DNA of 60,067 bases, counting the filler, from Platydemus manokwari (taxonomy: Eukaryota): the NCBI GenBank assembly GCA_037951405.1. It is 5 parts of 5 records of this genome, joined end to end, with 100 filler letters (N's around TTAATTAATTAA, not from the genome) between each part and the next. Parts side by side here need not be neighbours in the genome. Positions count along the whole stretch, not along the records: positions 23,487 to 40,393 come from JBBMOY011135883.1; 4 more parts are not named here. One strand, given 5' to 3'. This document shows positions 23,980 through 36,915 of this stretch, piece after piece. The translations under genes and the position numbers were made by a program. Below the pieces are notes generated by a model. It was not told where the DNA came from. It saw nothing but the letters and a program-made list of their open reading frames with translations, and did no database searches. Within the stretch, counting starts at the first letter, position 1. Each line of letters starts with the position of its first letter.

Positions 23980-25748
23980 ATGCAAACAAGTTCAAATTCA
24001 TCTTTTCCATTTGGTGGTTCTACTGATTTGGCAGCTCAAAACGCTTTGATGCAAGGTCTTGGATTTAATCCTCAAAACATCTCGTCTAATCCACAAGGGG
24101 CTATGGGTGGATTTATTCAAAATTCACAACCGATTGGTTATCCTGTTTTTGACCAGTCATTACAAAACAACTTTCAAACAACTCAAAATGCACTTAATAT
24201 GAATCAATTGAACCCCATGTTAATGCAGCAAAGTATGGGTCAACAATTGCAAGGATTTAATATGTCCCAAAATCAAATGGCTTCTCAATTGCCATTACAA
24301 ATGCAGCAACAAATGTTTGGTGGAAATGGAAATTCATCCATTATTCCGTCTTTTGGGGGTGTGTGTATGATATTTTACTTGTCAATACTGTTTCATATAA
24401 TTCGGACTTTAGGGGATGCTAATCAATTGCAACAGATGAATTCTTATGGGGGAATGAATCCTTTAATCGCTCAATCATTACAAGGAGCACAAATGCAAAG
24501 TAAATAAATTGATCTCTTGCAAACTTTATATTTTTTTCAAGATATGTATGGAGCTTCTGATGCTATGAACATGGCCTTTCAAGGTATGATGTCTGCACAG
24601 AGGGGTCAACTTAGTAACATGTTAGTTTTTATAATTATTGTAAATTGATTAAAATTTTTTCCATAATATTATTAATTATCTTTTTTTCATATTGTAGTGA
24701 GCGGGATAATTACAATTCCAATAATAACGGTATTATTTTATATTAATTTATTATTTGATACGAGAGGCAAATGTTAGGTGGTAATCATCATAATCGATTA
24801 CAAACGAGTAATAAAGATAATGAAGGTTACAAGCCGGATTTATAAACAAAATTAACGATAATTATTATAGATGGAGCTTTGCGTCTCAATACCGTTTATG
24901 TTAGTAATTTACCCCAGAATCTCGATCATGAAATGTTGAAAAATCAATTTAGCAAAGCCGGTTCGATTAAGGTAGTTTTGTTATACTTGCATAATTATTA
25001 ATTTATTTTGTATATTAGCTTAATTCTAAATCAGGAATGCCAATGATTTGGATATTCAAAGACAGGGGAGTTCCCAAAGGTGATGCACTGGTAACGTATG
25101 ACAGTAATTCATCCGCATCAAACGCAGTGGCGCATTTCAAAGGTAAATAAACTGTTAGGTAATTTGTCTTAAGAATTGAATAAATTCAGAGCATGATTTT
25201 AATGGTCGTCGCATTGAAGTTCGTATTGCTACAAATGCTGAACGACCTATATTAGCCCCACCATCAAATGGTCAAAGTAATGGGGGTATGGATAGGCGTG
25301 GTGGTAATCAGTATAAAATTGAGAGTATTTCACGTAACAATGATTACGAATGTAATTCATATGATTGGCAGAAACGAGAAGATGGTGGAGGATTTAACAA
25401 ACAGAGAGATTTTCGAAATAATAATAATAATAATAGAAATAATGATCGTAATAATAGAGGTCCTGATTGGATTTGTTCGAAATGTAACAATAACAATTTT
25501 TCTTGGCGTGAGTCATGTAATAGATGTCAAGTAGCATATTTTATTAACACAGTACATCAATAAAAATGATATCAAAGGAACCCAAAGCTGAAAATGCACT
25601 TGAAGTGCAAAAGCAAGATCGTGGACGTGGTTTTAGTGGTGGTCGTTCGAATAATAGAACAGTGCATAGAAATTCAAATGGACGAAATCAGGACGGTGGT
25701 CCGATGAGGGGTCCAAAACGTTCGACGTCAAGACCTGAGCCATATTAG
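23980..25748 (+). CDS. FET-family RNA-binding protein (FUS/EWSR1/TAF15/cabeza-like), about 9 exons
   Basis: Q/N/M/G-rich low-complexity N-terminus. Spliced RRM TVYVSNLP...FSKAGSIK|LNSKSGMPMIWIFKDRGVPKGDALVTYD...|HDFNGRRIEV with the FET-type extended loop. RanBP2 zinc finger DWICSKCNNNNFSWRESCNRCQ|EPK. C-terminal PY-NLS RPEPY. Confidence 0.92.
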
Positions 25749-26099
25749 GTGTAATTGTAATTTTTTAGAATTTTTTTGATTTTAATCATGTTTAAAGTTT
25801 GGTATTTTTTTAGTATTAAGCATTTTTACAAGATTATTATTGTTTGTAGTTTTCTACTAAATGATATTTTTGATTCGTTTATTTAATTTATTTATTTTTA
25901 TTTAAGTATACAGTTTGGATCTGCTACACGAGGCTGTTTAAACAATATTGCACTTTTAACGTTTTTGAGTATAATGGTTGAAAATTTATTCTTGTCGTAG
26001 TGTTATGTTTATGTAAATATAATTAAATTTATTTGGAAAATTTTATTTTTCAGATTTTATTGATGGTCAAATATTTTTTTTATTTAGAGCATTTTTATA

Positions 26100-26450
26100 C
26101 ATATTTCGATTTTTTGGATGTGCGAGTACCATTTTATTAGAATTGAGTCGAATTAGCATTATCTTATAATAAATTTGTACAGGTATGTACTAATCGTTGC
26201 GCTGTATTTACATTAAGTTTGATTTTGTGTAACTTCTTTTTAAAACACGTGGAAAGCCTCTGTGGAAGCGGTGTTCTATTTTATCGTTTTTTTAGCAGTA
26301 CGTTTTGATAGATTTTTAATTTATACTTTTAATGGACTGATTTCATGCTTATGATTTCTTTTTATTGATGACTTCATTATTTTGTGGCAACTTTCAAATG
26401 AAGTGTGATATTTTACCACAACTTTTAAATTAGCATTTGAACTTGAAATT
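26100..26450 (-). pseudogene. Possible MULE transposase remnant
   Basis: Minus strand gives NTASTEAFH..*K...NVNTAQRLVH, resembling the MULE TNNxxExFHxxLK region. Many stops. Confidence 0.3.
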
Positions 26451-29199
26451 TATTTTTATATTCATATTTAGGTTAATTTAAATTGCTCAATTTTAGTCAA
26501 TAATTAATTTATTTTAATTGAATTTAGCTATAGACTCTTCATGGTTTTGTATTGACACTTAGTTTTTTTATCGCATTCTTTTTGTTTTTGAAGTACAAAA
26601 AACAAGCATTAAATATTTTCGGTGCATTTTTGGTATTTACAAGCAAAATTTTGGGTTGGAAATCAAAATGAAAGAAAAATTAACATATCGATTAAATATG
26701 TAATGTTATTTATAAATAAATATTTTTGTTTTGTAATTGTTATTTATAATATAGGAAAAATAATTTTAGAATTTTTGTCTATTAATAAATGAAATTAACC
26801 AATTAAAATTTAATTGAAGATTAATTGTTTACTTAATGTTTAAAATTGAATTCTTAGGAATTATCGAAAAATTACCTCGATCTTTGAATTTTAATATTAT
26901 AGTATTAGATAAATCCTAAACGCTTTTGCGATGTAGTGTAAAATATTAAATCGTTTTTAATAATATAAAAATCATGATATACTCTATCGCTGGCATAGAT
27001 AATTAACATTAAACCTGTTACTGTTAATTTCTTTCGTTATCGTAATTCCCAAATTTATGATCTCAAACAATACTATAGAAAAGTCAAAATAATTAACATT
27101 TACAAACAGGTTCTTATGAATTGTTTCAGTGATCAAAATTGTGAAACAATTTGGAAGATAAACGATGAAATAATTAAGAAATTTATAAAACAAAAATTAT
27201 GCTAGATAAAACCTTGATATGTGGATACAATTTATAAATCAAATGAAGTTTCAATCTAATTCGACTATAAATAAGATCGTTAGTCAGCTTGAACTATAAA
27301 TATATATTGTTAAATATTTGTATTTTATTTTATCTGACTCCAATTGTGTTGATATTGAGTTTGATAATTACGTATTTATGTTCTAACGTTTGAGTTGGTA
27401 TAATAGACATTTTATTTTTAATTAAATAAATAAGATTTAAAACAATACCAATTCTCAATGCTTCATTTTATTTTAAAATAAAATTTTGTTAAACTCATTT
27501 TTAATTGAGGTTTTCCATTGTGTTCCCACAACTGGCTTTGATATCAATCATGACGCGCAAGTGGTTGTTTAAAATCACCCTTTTGTAATAAATCTTAGTT
27601 TTAATTTTTAATGTAACACATCAGAATTTCCGTGATATTCACATTTTCATAAAAACCAACCAGTTAGTAAAGCAAATTATCTTTTACCGATAATAAATAA
27701 CATTTTAATGAATCCGACTACTTTAGTTGGGAAATTGTTGTTGCATTTATAATTAGAATATAAATTGTCAGTTTCTGTTAATTTACGCAAATCTTCTGCA
27801 GTTATTTTATACTATACCGAGTTTAATTTGCTTTTCTCGTTGTAGTTTATTTTATTTCAAATTCAATGTTAAAATCAATTAAGGGTGGTTGGACAAAAAT
27901 ACTAGCATTGTGGATAACAATATCTATGAAACAAGCTGTTGATAGAGTTTAACAGAAAGATGTTATTTACATAAACTTAATATATAATTGCAAAACGCTT
28001 ATAAACTCCCTTGCGGAAGATGTTTTTACATGAATATCATTGAAAATTTCCTTTAAATCCCTATTAAAATTAGATTTAACATTACTCATTTTAACGACAT
28101 TTTTTTTGCCTTTTATAGACCCTTTTGTAAAAAAATTCATCTGAATTTTTATGGCTCTTGATGCCAATTTTATATGTTTTTCCATGCTTCATAGCTGTTG
28201 AGTACCCATTGTCTGACACATAACTTACAGAGATTCGTCGCACTGAAATTTAGATATCATTTTATTTATTTGAATTCGATGTCATTTAAATGCGATTTTT
28301 TATTTTGATTTCCTTCAATATTCACTGTTTGATAACGAGTAGAGACAATCAATTCAAGTTTTTTTCCAATTTTTTTTACCTTCAAGTATTTCTTGTCATT
28401 ACTTTGTGAGAAAAATGATGGAATTGGATCCCTCTATATATACTGTTCATAGAGGAGTCGATTCTAGTCATGGGTTCATCTAACTTTCTGTTATCCTTCA
28501 ACTTAATATTTATGATTCCTCACTTAGATTTTCTAGATATTTATTTATCTTTCATTTATGATCTATTTGTTATGGTACGTTCATAAATGATTTACAAAAG
28601 CCTTTAAAACAACTTAAAAAGCACCTTAATGAAAACACATTTTAAAATATTGTCATTTCCTTATTATAATAGATTCATCATTGCTCACAATTTCAGATCA
28701 GTGTAATAAATATCACTGAGTTGGAGTCATTCCCAGTTGATCCAGCTTCCAGTTATCTATTAGGTACATTGCTGATTGAAATTTCCAAAGCTGTTCTGGT
28801 CGTGATAGAGTGCAGGGCTACTTAATAGGTTTGTTTAACTTAACTTTTTGATACATAAATTTCACCGGGAAACACGTCTTTTCCAAATTAACCATAACTT
28901 AATCATTGTATTTTATGTTCAATCTATTATTTAATAAGTTTTCCCAATGTGACATATTAGACCCTTAAAGAAACAGTAACGAGAGACTTACCTAAAAAGT
29001 GGTGTAGATGAGCCATGGTTAACAATGGGAATAAGATATCGAAATTTAAACATTCGAGGTTTTATATTCGTTAGTCGATATTATCTCAGTTGATTGATTA
29101 TATATAAATTATTCAGGAAATGAGAACACAAAAGTGTAACTCTAAAGCTTTTATTGAAAATAAAATGAAACGAGATAACAGAAGTACGATTTTAAAATT

Positions 29200-30173
29200 G
29201 AGTCGACCGAACCTTTGAGTTTCGATGATTACCAAAAATTAGAGCGGTTGTTTAAATGATAATAATAAAGCCTTATCGCTCCTAAATATTACCAACAACA
29301 ACCTCTTATCTGTTTGGACTCCAGATAAGTTGGAGATTTAGGATAACCATATTTTGGGAAATTATCAGCGTTAAAAAATCCTTCTGATATTACGACATTA
29401 ATCAATATCTTTTTACAAATTCTGCATTTATAATTTGAATTTATTACTATTATATAAATACTCGTCAATCTTTAACATATCCCATATTTGGATGTCGTCT
29501 TCTTAGATTATTGTATATTTTCAATCCATATCTTTTTAAATGAAATGGCAATCTTTGAAATTGTTGCTCATTATTCAAACCATATACCTGAGCTTCTTCG
29601 AAAAAATCATCAATTTTAGTTGGTTCTCCTGTATAAGCAGTAATTGGCAACCTGGCTGTTCTATCCATATGATTATTATTCCAAACATTAAATATATTTT
29701 CCTCGTCCATTATTCTCCTATGTATGTCCCTATTTCTTATTCTATATACAATTTCCATAATTTATTTCTTAATTATTAACACACAAATATCTGCTTTTCT
29801 TATCAGATTTGCTTACAAAATTATTTATCAAACAAATTATTTATTTTAATAAAACTCGCTCCTTACTCGGGGCACCAAATTTTATTGTTAGGTTGTAGGT
29901 GATGTTTAAATGTTGTTCTGCCAACTCAACGGCGTGAGTTCCCTTGTTATTTATTTTATCTAATCAAAAAAACACTCAAATTCTTTATAAAGTTTATTAA
30001 AAATCGATTAAACCAAATCACAATTAAATCAAACAAATTAACTCAAACCAAAAATTTATTAAACAAATGGGTGGAGTTATCTCACCGAGATCGTGATTTT
30101 ACTCAAATATAAACCATATTATTTATAATATAGAGTTAATGATATTACTCCGATGAGGGATCCTTCAGAGTAC
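29200..30173 (-). mobile_element. Degenerate Ty3/gypsy element: LTR (about 29886-30173), PBS, gag fragment, RT remnant
   Basis: PBS tggtgccccgagtaagg (29861-29877) downstream of a TG...CA LTR-like segment. Gag-like ORF 29465-29758 (YTGEPTKIDDFF...RLPFHLK). Confidence 0.7.
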
Positions 30174-32368
30174 AATATAAAATTTTTGGATATTTTAAGT
30201 AAGCTATATTGACAATATTCACGTTTAACCTCAAATAAATTTTCTCAACAAATTGTTCAGCTGCTAAAGTTTGGTAATTATCTTTGGTTCTTAATTACCG
30301 AAAGTGAATTGTGATGGAAATCCATCAGCTTATATAGATACTGAGATTCGGTACTTTGTATCTAGGATTTTCCGTCACTTAGTGTAAATTTTTAAACATT
30401 ATTTTACCTTAAACCCTAATTATTTATATTTTTAAAAGTTCTTAATCTTTAAATTTTTATTAAATTGTCCGACCTTATAAATTATATTATCAAATAATTA
30501 ACCTTAGAAATTAAATATTACATTTCTTTTTCACTCTGTCTTATTTCTTATCTAATTTATAAATAATTTTATGTGATTTATAAATAATAATCTATATTTT
30601 ATGCATATCAGATTACAATAATATATTCTTTTTATTCCATATTTTAATATCATTAATTTTTTCACATATCATACAAATAATTATTGTTTTACATATCATA
30701 AATTATTACATATCATAAATATATAAATCAAAATATAAATCAAAATATAAATCAAAAATTGAAAGATGGAAAATTAAAAAGAACCAAAATCTTGATCAAG
30801 TTATTTAGAAGTCAAATTATCATAAAAGTCATTATTAGAAATTGTCTGGATTGAATTTTCGAATGAATTGGATTGTCAAATAAATTCCCAATTCGAATTC
30901 TTGCTGACATCTTGCATCTAAATCTACACTCCAGCTTTGGTTGGCCCAAGTTTGCCACTTTGGATTTGGCTTTATAAGTTTAATGAAAATTAGTGTAGCG
31001 GGATTTTTTGTTGTTTTATTGGGGGTATTCTTGGCTTTTTAAACACGGATTCTATGGACTCCTTAGGTGGTTTGATCGTGAGTTTCAGAGGTGGTTGCTG
31101 TTGTTGTTGTTTTTTTCCTCCATTCACTATGAGAGCTAATAGTGAATGGAGTTTTTTCCTCCTCGCTTTCCTCACTGTCTGAGTAGAGCACTAGTTATTC
31201 TATGTTGCTTTCCTAATATACCTAATCTAGAAAATGAGAATAATAAAATCCTAAAGCTAAAAAATAATCCCCACTTAGTTAAACTGTATATTTTTTATTA
31301 TTAATTATCAATTTTTGCTCATCTTCTTTTTATTTGATTATAATAATTCATAAAATTTTGAATTCAATTTAATTTATAACAAACTTTTTCTTTTTGTTTT
31401 TAAATTTTTGCTGTCATGTTATTAAATTTATTTTAATTTGGACAAAACGCAATCAAAGGTTTAAATAATAGCATAATCCGTATTCCAAATCAAGATAATT
31501 TTCTATCAATAAAATTTTTATGTTTATATTATCTTTCTCCGTTAAAGTTTTATTAAATATTATAAATTACAAGAGACTACTTTTTGTAGAATATTCATGA
31601 ATTATCGTTCCAATAAATAAAGTGTTTTTATAAGGAATTTGTAATTATAAAACCTAAACACCATATATTTTGTGAATTTTTATTAAATTCATAAATCAAT
31701 AATCTTGGCTTATACGATATTAAACATTTATCTAAACAATTTATTGTTTTTCCATTAATATTATCGCTGAAAACAGTCCCATATCTTGATCCAATATAAC
31801 TTCCTTATCCACCAATATATTGATTTTAATTGTTACTGAGAAATAATGTATATGAAAAATAAACTATTAAAGAAATGTAGTTTAATCTATTACTTTAATA
31901 TGTTAAAAGCTGGATTAACATCAAAAATATCTCAACATCCCTCAATATCTTCAGTGGGATCATCTGAAGATAAGACTCAAATCTCATAAATCTCAGTCTC
32001 AATCTTCATATCAAAGCCTGCAAAGATTCAAGTGAAAGGTGAATATCATTGAGGGCTTAGAGGTATTTTAAATTTTAATTCTAATTTTATATAAAATCAT
32101 ATTCATATAAAATTAAATTTATTTGTTTAAATATTTGTATTGAAATAGATTTTTGGTGTCTTGACTTTTTAGATTGTTTTTAATGTGTGGTTTTTTAAAA
32201 TATGAGCGGCTAACATGGCGTACGATAATATTTGCGATTTTATTTGTATAATTTCTTTAATATTTGGTCATTATGACGCAATGTCAATATAAATAAAAAA
32301 TATTTATATTTACTGTATGACTTAAATATTAATTTTAATAATTAAATTTAACATGATAATTATCTAAC

Positions 32369-33293
32369 CTTGTCTTCGAACATTGAGAAATGAAGTTAGG
32401 AGAATATTTGGAATGACCCAAATATCGATTAGCGTTGTCATTTGAATTGAAAATAGTAAAATATCATTTGCCGCAAATGCCTGATGAATAAAACCAATCG
32501 TAGTAATAGAATCAAAAATTTTTTCAATGATTTTAATCATAATTTTAATAATAATTTAAAAATTATTACAGAATAATGAAGAGGAGCTATAATTGTGACA
32601 ACCTTTTTAATTATTATTAAAAAATTTTTTATTTTTATTTGTTTTAATCGATTTTAATCTTAAATTTTTAGTACTGTACCCTTATTATGAGATGCAATGC
32701 GCAAAACACATTTAAACCGAAATCTATCCATTGGGCGGTGTACATAAATCCATTATAGCAGTCTCCGATTATGGCATTTTTTGAATGCAGTCTGAAATAT
32801 TTGTTTTTATAAATCAAAAAGATAATTTATTTTTTTACTTATATGTAAATATGACATAGATGGTCCATGACAATAATTGACATGTTATTTGAAGAATAAT
32901 CTCAAATACAATGATTAATAAAAAAATTGTCTGAGCATTTTCTTACTGATACTCTTCCAATTTTCGTTGCTTTCGAAACAAGCGATTCACAAGTAATAGT
33001 GAAGTTCCAAATAACTGATACAAAAGTATTGATATTCTTACCGTAATTTTCGAGACGTGTATTCCAATCTTCTTCTTCGTCCAAGCAGTTCATTAACAAT
33101 GCCGATTTCCTTCGAATGACAATACCTTTTTTATTCTTGTTTCTCATTCGCATAAAATTAAGATCCCATATGCAATAATTGATTCCAATAATAGCAAAAT
33201 TAAATATAATTATTCCTAACGATAGGACAAAGGATAACCACCAAGGAACAATTGAATCACATATGGGACGATTAATAGATGAATCATCGATAT
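32369..33293 (-). CDS. slo: Divergent Slo/BK (KCNMA1-like) Ca-activated K+ channel, exons for S0-S3 only (partial)
   Basis: Exons 33293-32947, 32900-32839 (62 nt), 32791-32680, 32480-32369 (112 nt) translate without stops to ICDSIVPWWLSFVLSLG...ESLVSKATKIGRVS|IILQ..|..DCYNG..QWIDFGLNVFCALHLIIR|AFAANDILLF..TTLIDIWVIP. These match Slo1 WWAFLAS / ISAQTLTGRV / QIDMAFNVFF / FIAANDKL with the same intron positions. Start codon not established. Confidence 0.8.
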
Positions 33294-36200
33294 CTGCGTC
33301 AAAGACAGTTGTAATAAATATTTTTAAAGTTAAAAAACATTTCTATATCACTAATAAATGTTTAAGCCACTGAAAAAATTCATAGAAATCATAAGTCATT
33401 CAAGTTTAAAAATTTTTAAATAAAATTCAAATAATTAGATAAATTACTGAAATACATTTTTGAATATTCTAGAAAATTAACAATATTAAATAAAAATATC
33501 TTATAACAGAAAATGTAGAAATTAAAAATTGAAAACTTATACAAATATTACTGGGAAAAATTTAAATTCTAAAATTTAAACTTTAAAATGAAATTTTAAA
33601 GATAGAGAATTTTTAGTGTCAACCAGGCTTTTATTAATATTTAATTACTAAATGGTTTAAACTAAAATTTGAACTATGGCCTAGTCTAATCGTTTTAATG
33701 CAATACAAAATCATCATTTAAATTGAATAAAATTCAAATATTATAACGAAATCCAGAAATGTTACAAATTCATTTTAAAGAAAAATCAATAAGAATCCGT
33801 GTTTTGGTTTGCATTTGGTTTAAGTAAATATGAAACTTTAAAATAAAAACCGTTGTAAATATTAATGCATTGTATCTCTATGATTAATAACATTATTATG
33901 AAAACAGTTTAACTTACATTTTTTGAAAACATAAGCAAACAAATAAGGATGTAATGAAGTACACAATTTAAATGCCACACGTATTGTTTATTAAAATTGT
34001 AGTAGAGAGTTATAGTGTTTTGAAATTGTAATTGAATCACAACAGATATCCAGCGATAAATGATATTGAAATTTATTGAAATGAGTTCGGGTTAATATTT
34101 TATCTGATATTTTTGAGTAGAATGATCATTCATTACTTATTTGTTGGTTCAACAAACCAACGTACATTAATTCATATAATTAAGTCTGCTATTCACATGC
34201 AATGAATATATTCAATAAAAATTTATACAAAACACATTTCAAGTATAATTAAGTACAACTTATTGGAAAAAGAATGGTACATCCAGAACTTGTTAAAAGA
34301 ACGTGAACTAAGAAATAAATATTAAATCAAGTTAAAGTATTTTTATTTCATATCTATTATGATTTATTTTATATTTAAAATATTCAGGAATTCTATTTAT
34401 ATTCGACACTATGTTTCCCTCGATTATCCAGATTGACTTTCTTAACATCACCAGAACTTCATCACTTTGGGCTTAAATTCAAAATTAACTAAACAATATC
34501 TTCAGTGAATAATATTTTAAAATTGAATCTCTTTTATAGATTTCAGAATATATTTTCTTTCAATACCAGGATTCAGCAACCGATAATTTGTGATAGAACA
34601 TCAATTAATAATTTATGATTGTTTCATGTTGTTTAAAGAAGGCAATTGATGAAATATCAGGAAAAGTTTCGCTAAAACTATTTTTCCTTTTTATGATATT
34701 AAATGAATTTACTGCATTTTATAAACGAGCAAAAATAAAATATAAAATTTCTATCAAGAAAAAATATCTTCTAAATGAAAAGAAGTTTTGAATTTGGTGG
34801 ATAAATGTCGTTTAATAGATGCTGTTATTTCAATCTTTTCTTAATATCTGAGTACACTTATTTTCCATTACAATTCATTTGTTTATTTTATTATTTTGTT
34901 ATTTTATATATAAAAATATTGATGACATATCGACTTCGACCAAAACAAGAACTAGTTTTTTGCTGAATGGAAAAATATCCAAAAGATATATAATGCAAAT
35001 ATGTTCTCAATTTGGTAGAGATTATGAAATCTTTACCAAATTTTAATAAATAAAGATCTTAGATGGTCTGTTAATGGTAATGATGACCTTTTTAGGAAGT
35101 TGGCTAAAAGTAACACCTGGTATACTATAATAGAAATGGAATACTTAATACACCTATCTCACAGAACGAAATTGGTTAGATTTCTTTTCTTATGACAGTG
35201 ATGTATATAGTTTCTATTTTAATTGTCTCGATCCTTTTATTCATTAATATAATACATAAGTGTAATAATTATTAAGGTAATAAATCATAAATAGTGTGCT
35301 TATAATAATATTGGACTCAAAATAAACAAACTCAAAACATAAGTAAACCATTTGATATTATGTATAACATGTATTCATACGAAGATAATCATTTGATTTT
35401 AACAGTATTGCATATTATGAATATTCTCTGACAAATCATATTTTAAAAATTCTTATTTTCATCATTTCAAGAAAGTAATTTACTGAATCTTACAAATAAA
35501 ATATTACGATAAAAGTTTCATCAAAACAATGGAAAAATGGCAACATAAAAATGGTTTAAAATACCCTTCACGCATGAATAAAAAAATTATATTTCGATCA
35601 TTTTTTCTAGTTAATTGATAAAAACCGAATCAATAATGTGATTATATTTGCTAGAAAACAAATAAAATTTCTATAGTGAATAAAATCTCTGAAATAATAA
35701 TACTTATAGACATTATAGTAATATAATAAATATATAACGATGAAATTAATAAATTATATTTGATTAAAATGATATTTAAATCATTAATGAACCAACCTGC
35801 TTTAGTTGTCATAAGAACAGTTATGTTCAATGTTAATTACAAAATAATATTTCTGTAATAACAGATCAACATCGTGGAATCAATATCGGAATTAAAGTAA
35901 TTTCAATCATAAATTCAACCATATTTCTATAATTATAGAAATTTGATTATTGGTTGAATGTAATTGGTCAATGAAAATTAGCTTTATCTTGTATCAAATG
36001 ATTTTATAAATATAAAGTTAATCTTAATTTATTACAATATTAACAGTTTTAGTAGTTAATAAATTTAGTGTTTCAATAAATTTATATTTAAGTAACAGAA
36101 AATTGCCTCATGAAAATTTAATTGATTATAAGCGTATTAAAATAATTTGATTAAGTTAAGAAAGGGCTCCTAAAATAAAATTTTTGGTTTAAGTTAAGAA

Positions 36201-36529
36201 AAAGTGTCGTTTGACCTGCTTTTGTTATTATGAACTTTCGCGCATGAGATAATTTTATAACTTAATTTTATATATAATAGCAATGTTTGATTTATACGTA
36301 TAATTCAGTTAATATCTCATTTTTTAAGATAACTGACAAAACAGTATTAAAACCAAGTTCCCATTCTAATCACAACACTTCTATATGATTATTTGAGTGT
36401 TAAAATTTAAATTTTTATATTTATACATCGAATTAGTTAATTACAGACATTTAATAATACCATTGCTTATTTTTATTAAATAATTGTAAACATTGAGAAA
36501 ATCTTTCAATTTGTTTCTATTGTTAAAAG

Positions 36530-36915
36530 GTCGACCCATTATTATTCCTTTATCAAATAATCAAATTTTATGCGATTTTTAAGCTCTAGTCTATTTAATA
36601 TTTGATTTCAAACAACTAAAATTTTTCTTAACTATTTAATTAAAAATTCAAAAAGTTTTTAAAGATTATAATTAAACTATATAGAATTTTGCAATACACT
36701 CAACAAATTAAAAATTTTATTTTAGGACCCTTTTTTTAAATTTAGCCAAAATTATTAATTTGTTGACTGTTGCAAAAATCTATATAATTTACTTAGTTAT
36801 ATTCTTTAAAAACGTTTTTCATTTTTTATTTAAGTTGTTTGAAATAAAGTATAAAATTCAATAGTTTTTTCTCCTAAAATTTGATTGTTTGAAAAATGGG
36901 TCAAAGTAGGTCAAA
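36530..36915. mobile_element. Foldback/MITE-like element with long degenerate inverted arms
   Basis: 36770-36915 is the reverse complement of the arm seen at 18228-18400 and partly of 36590-36695. Confidence 0.6.
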
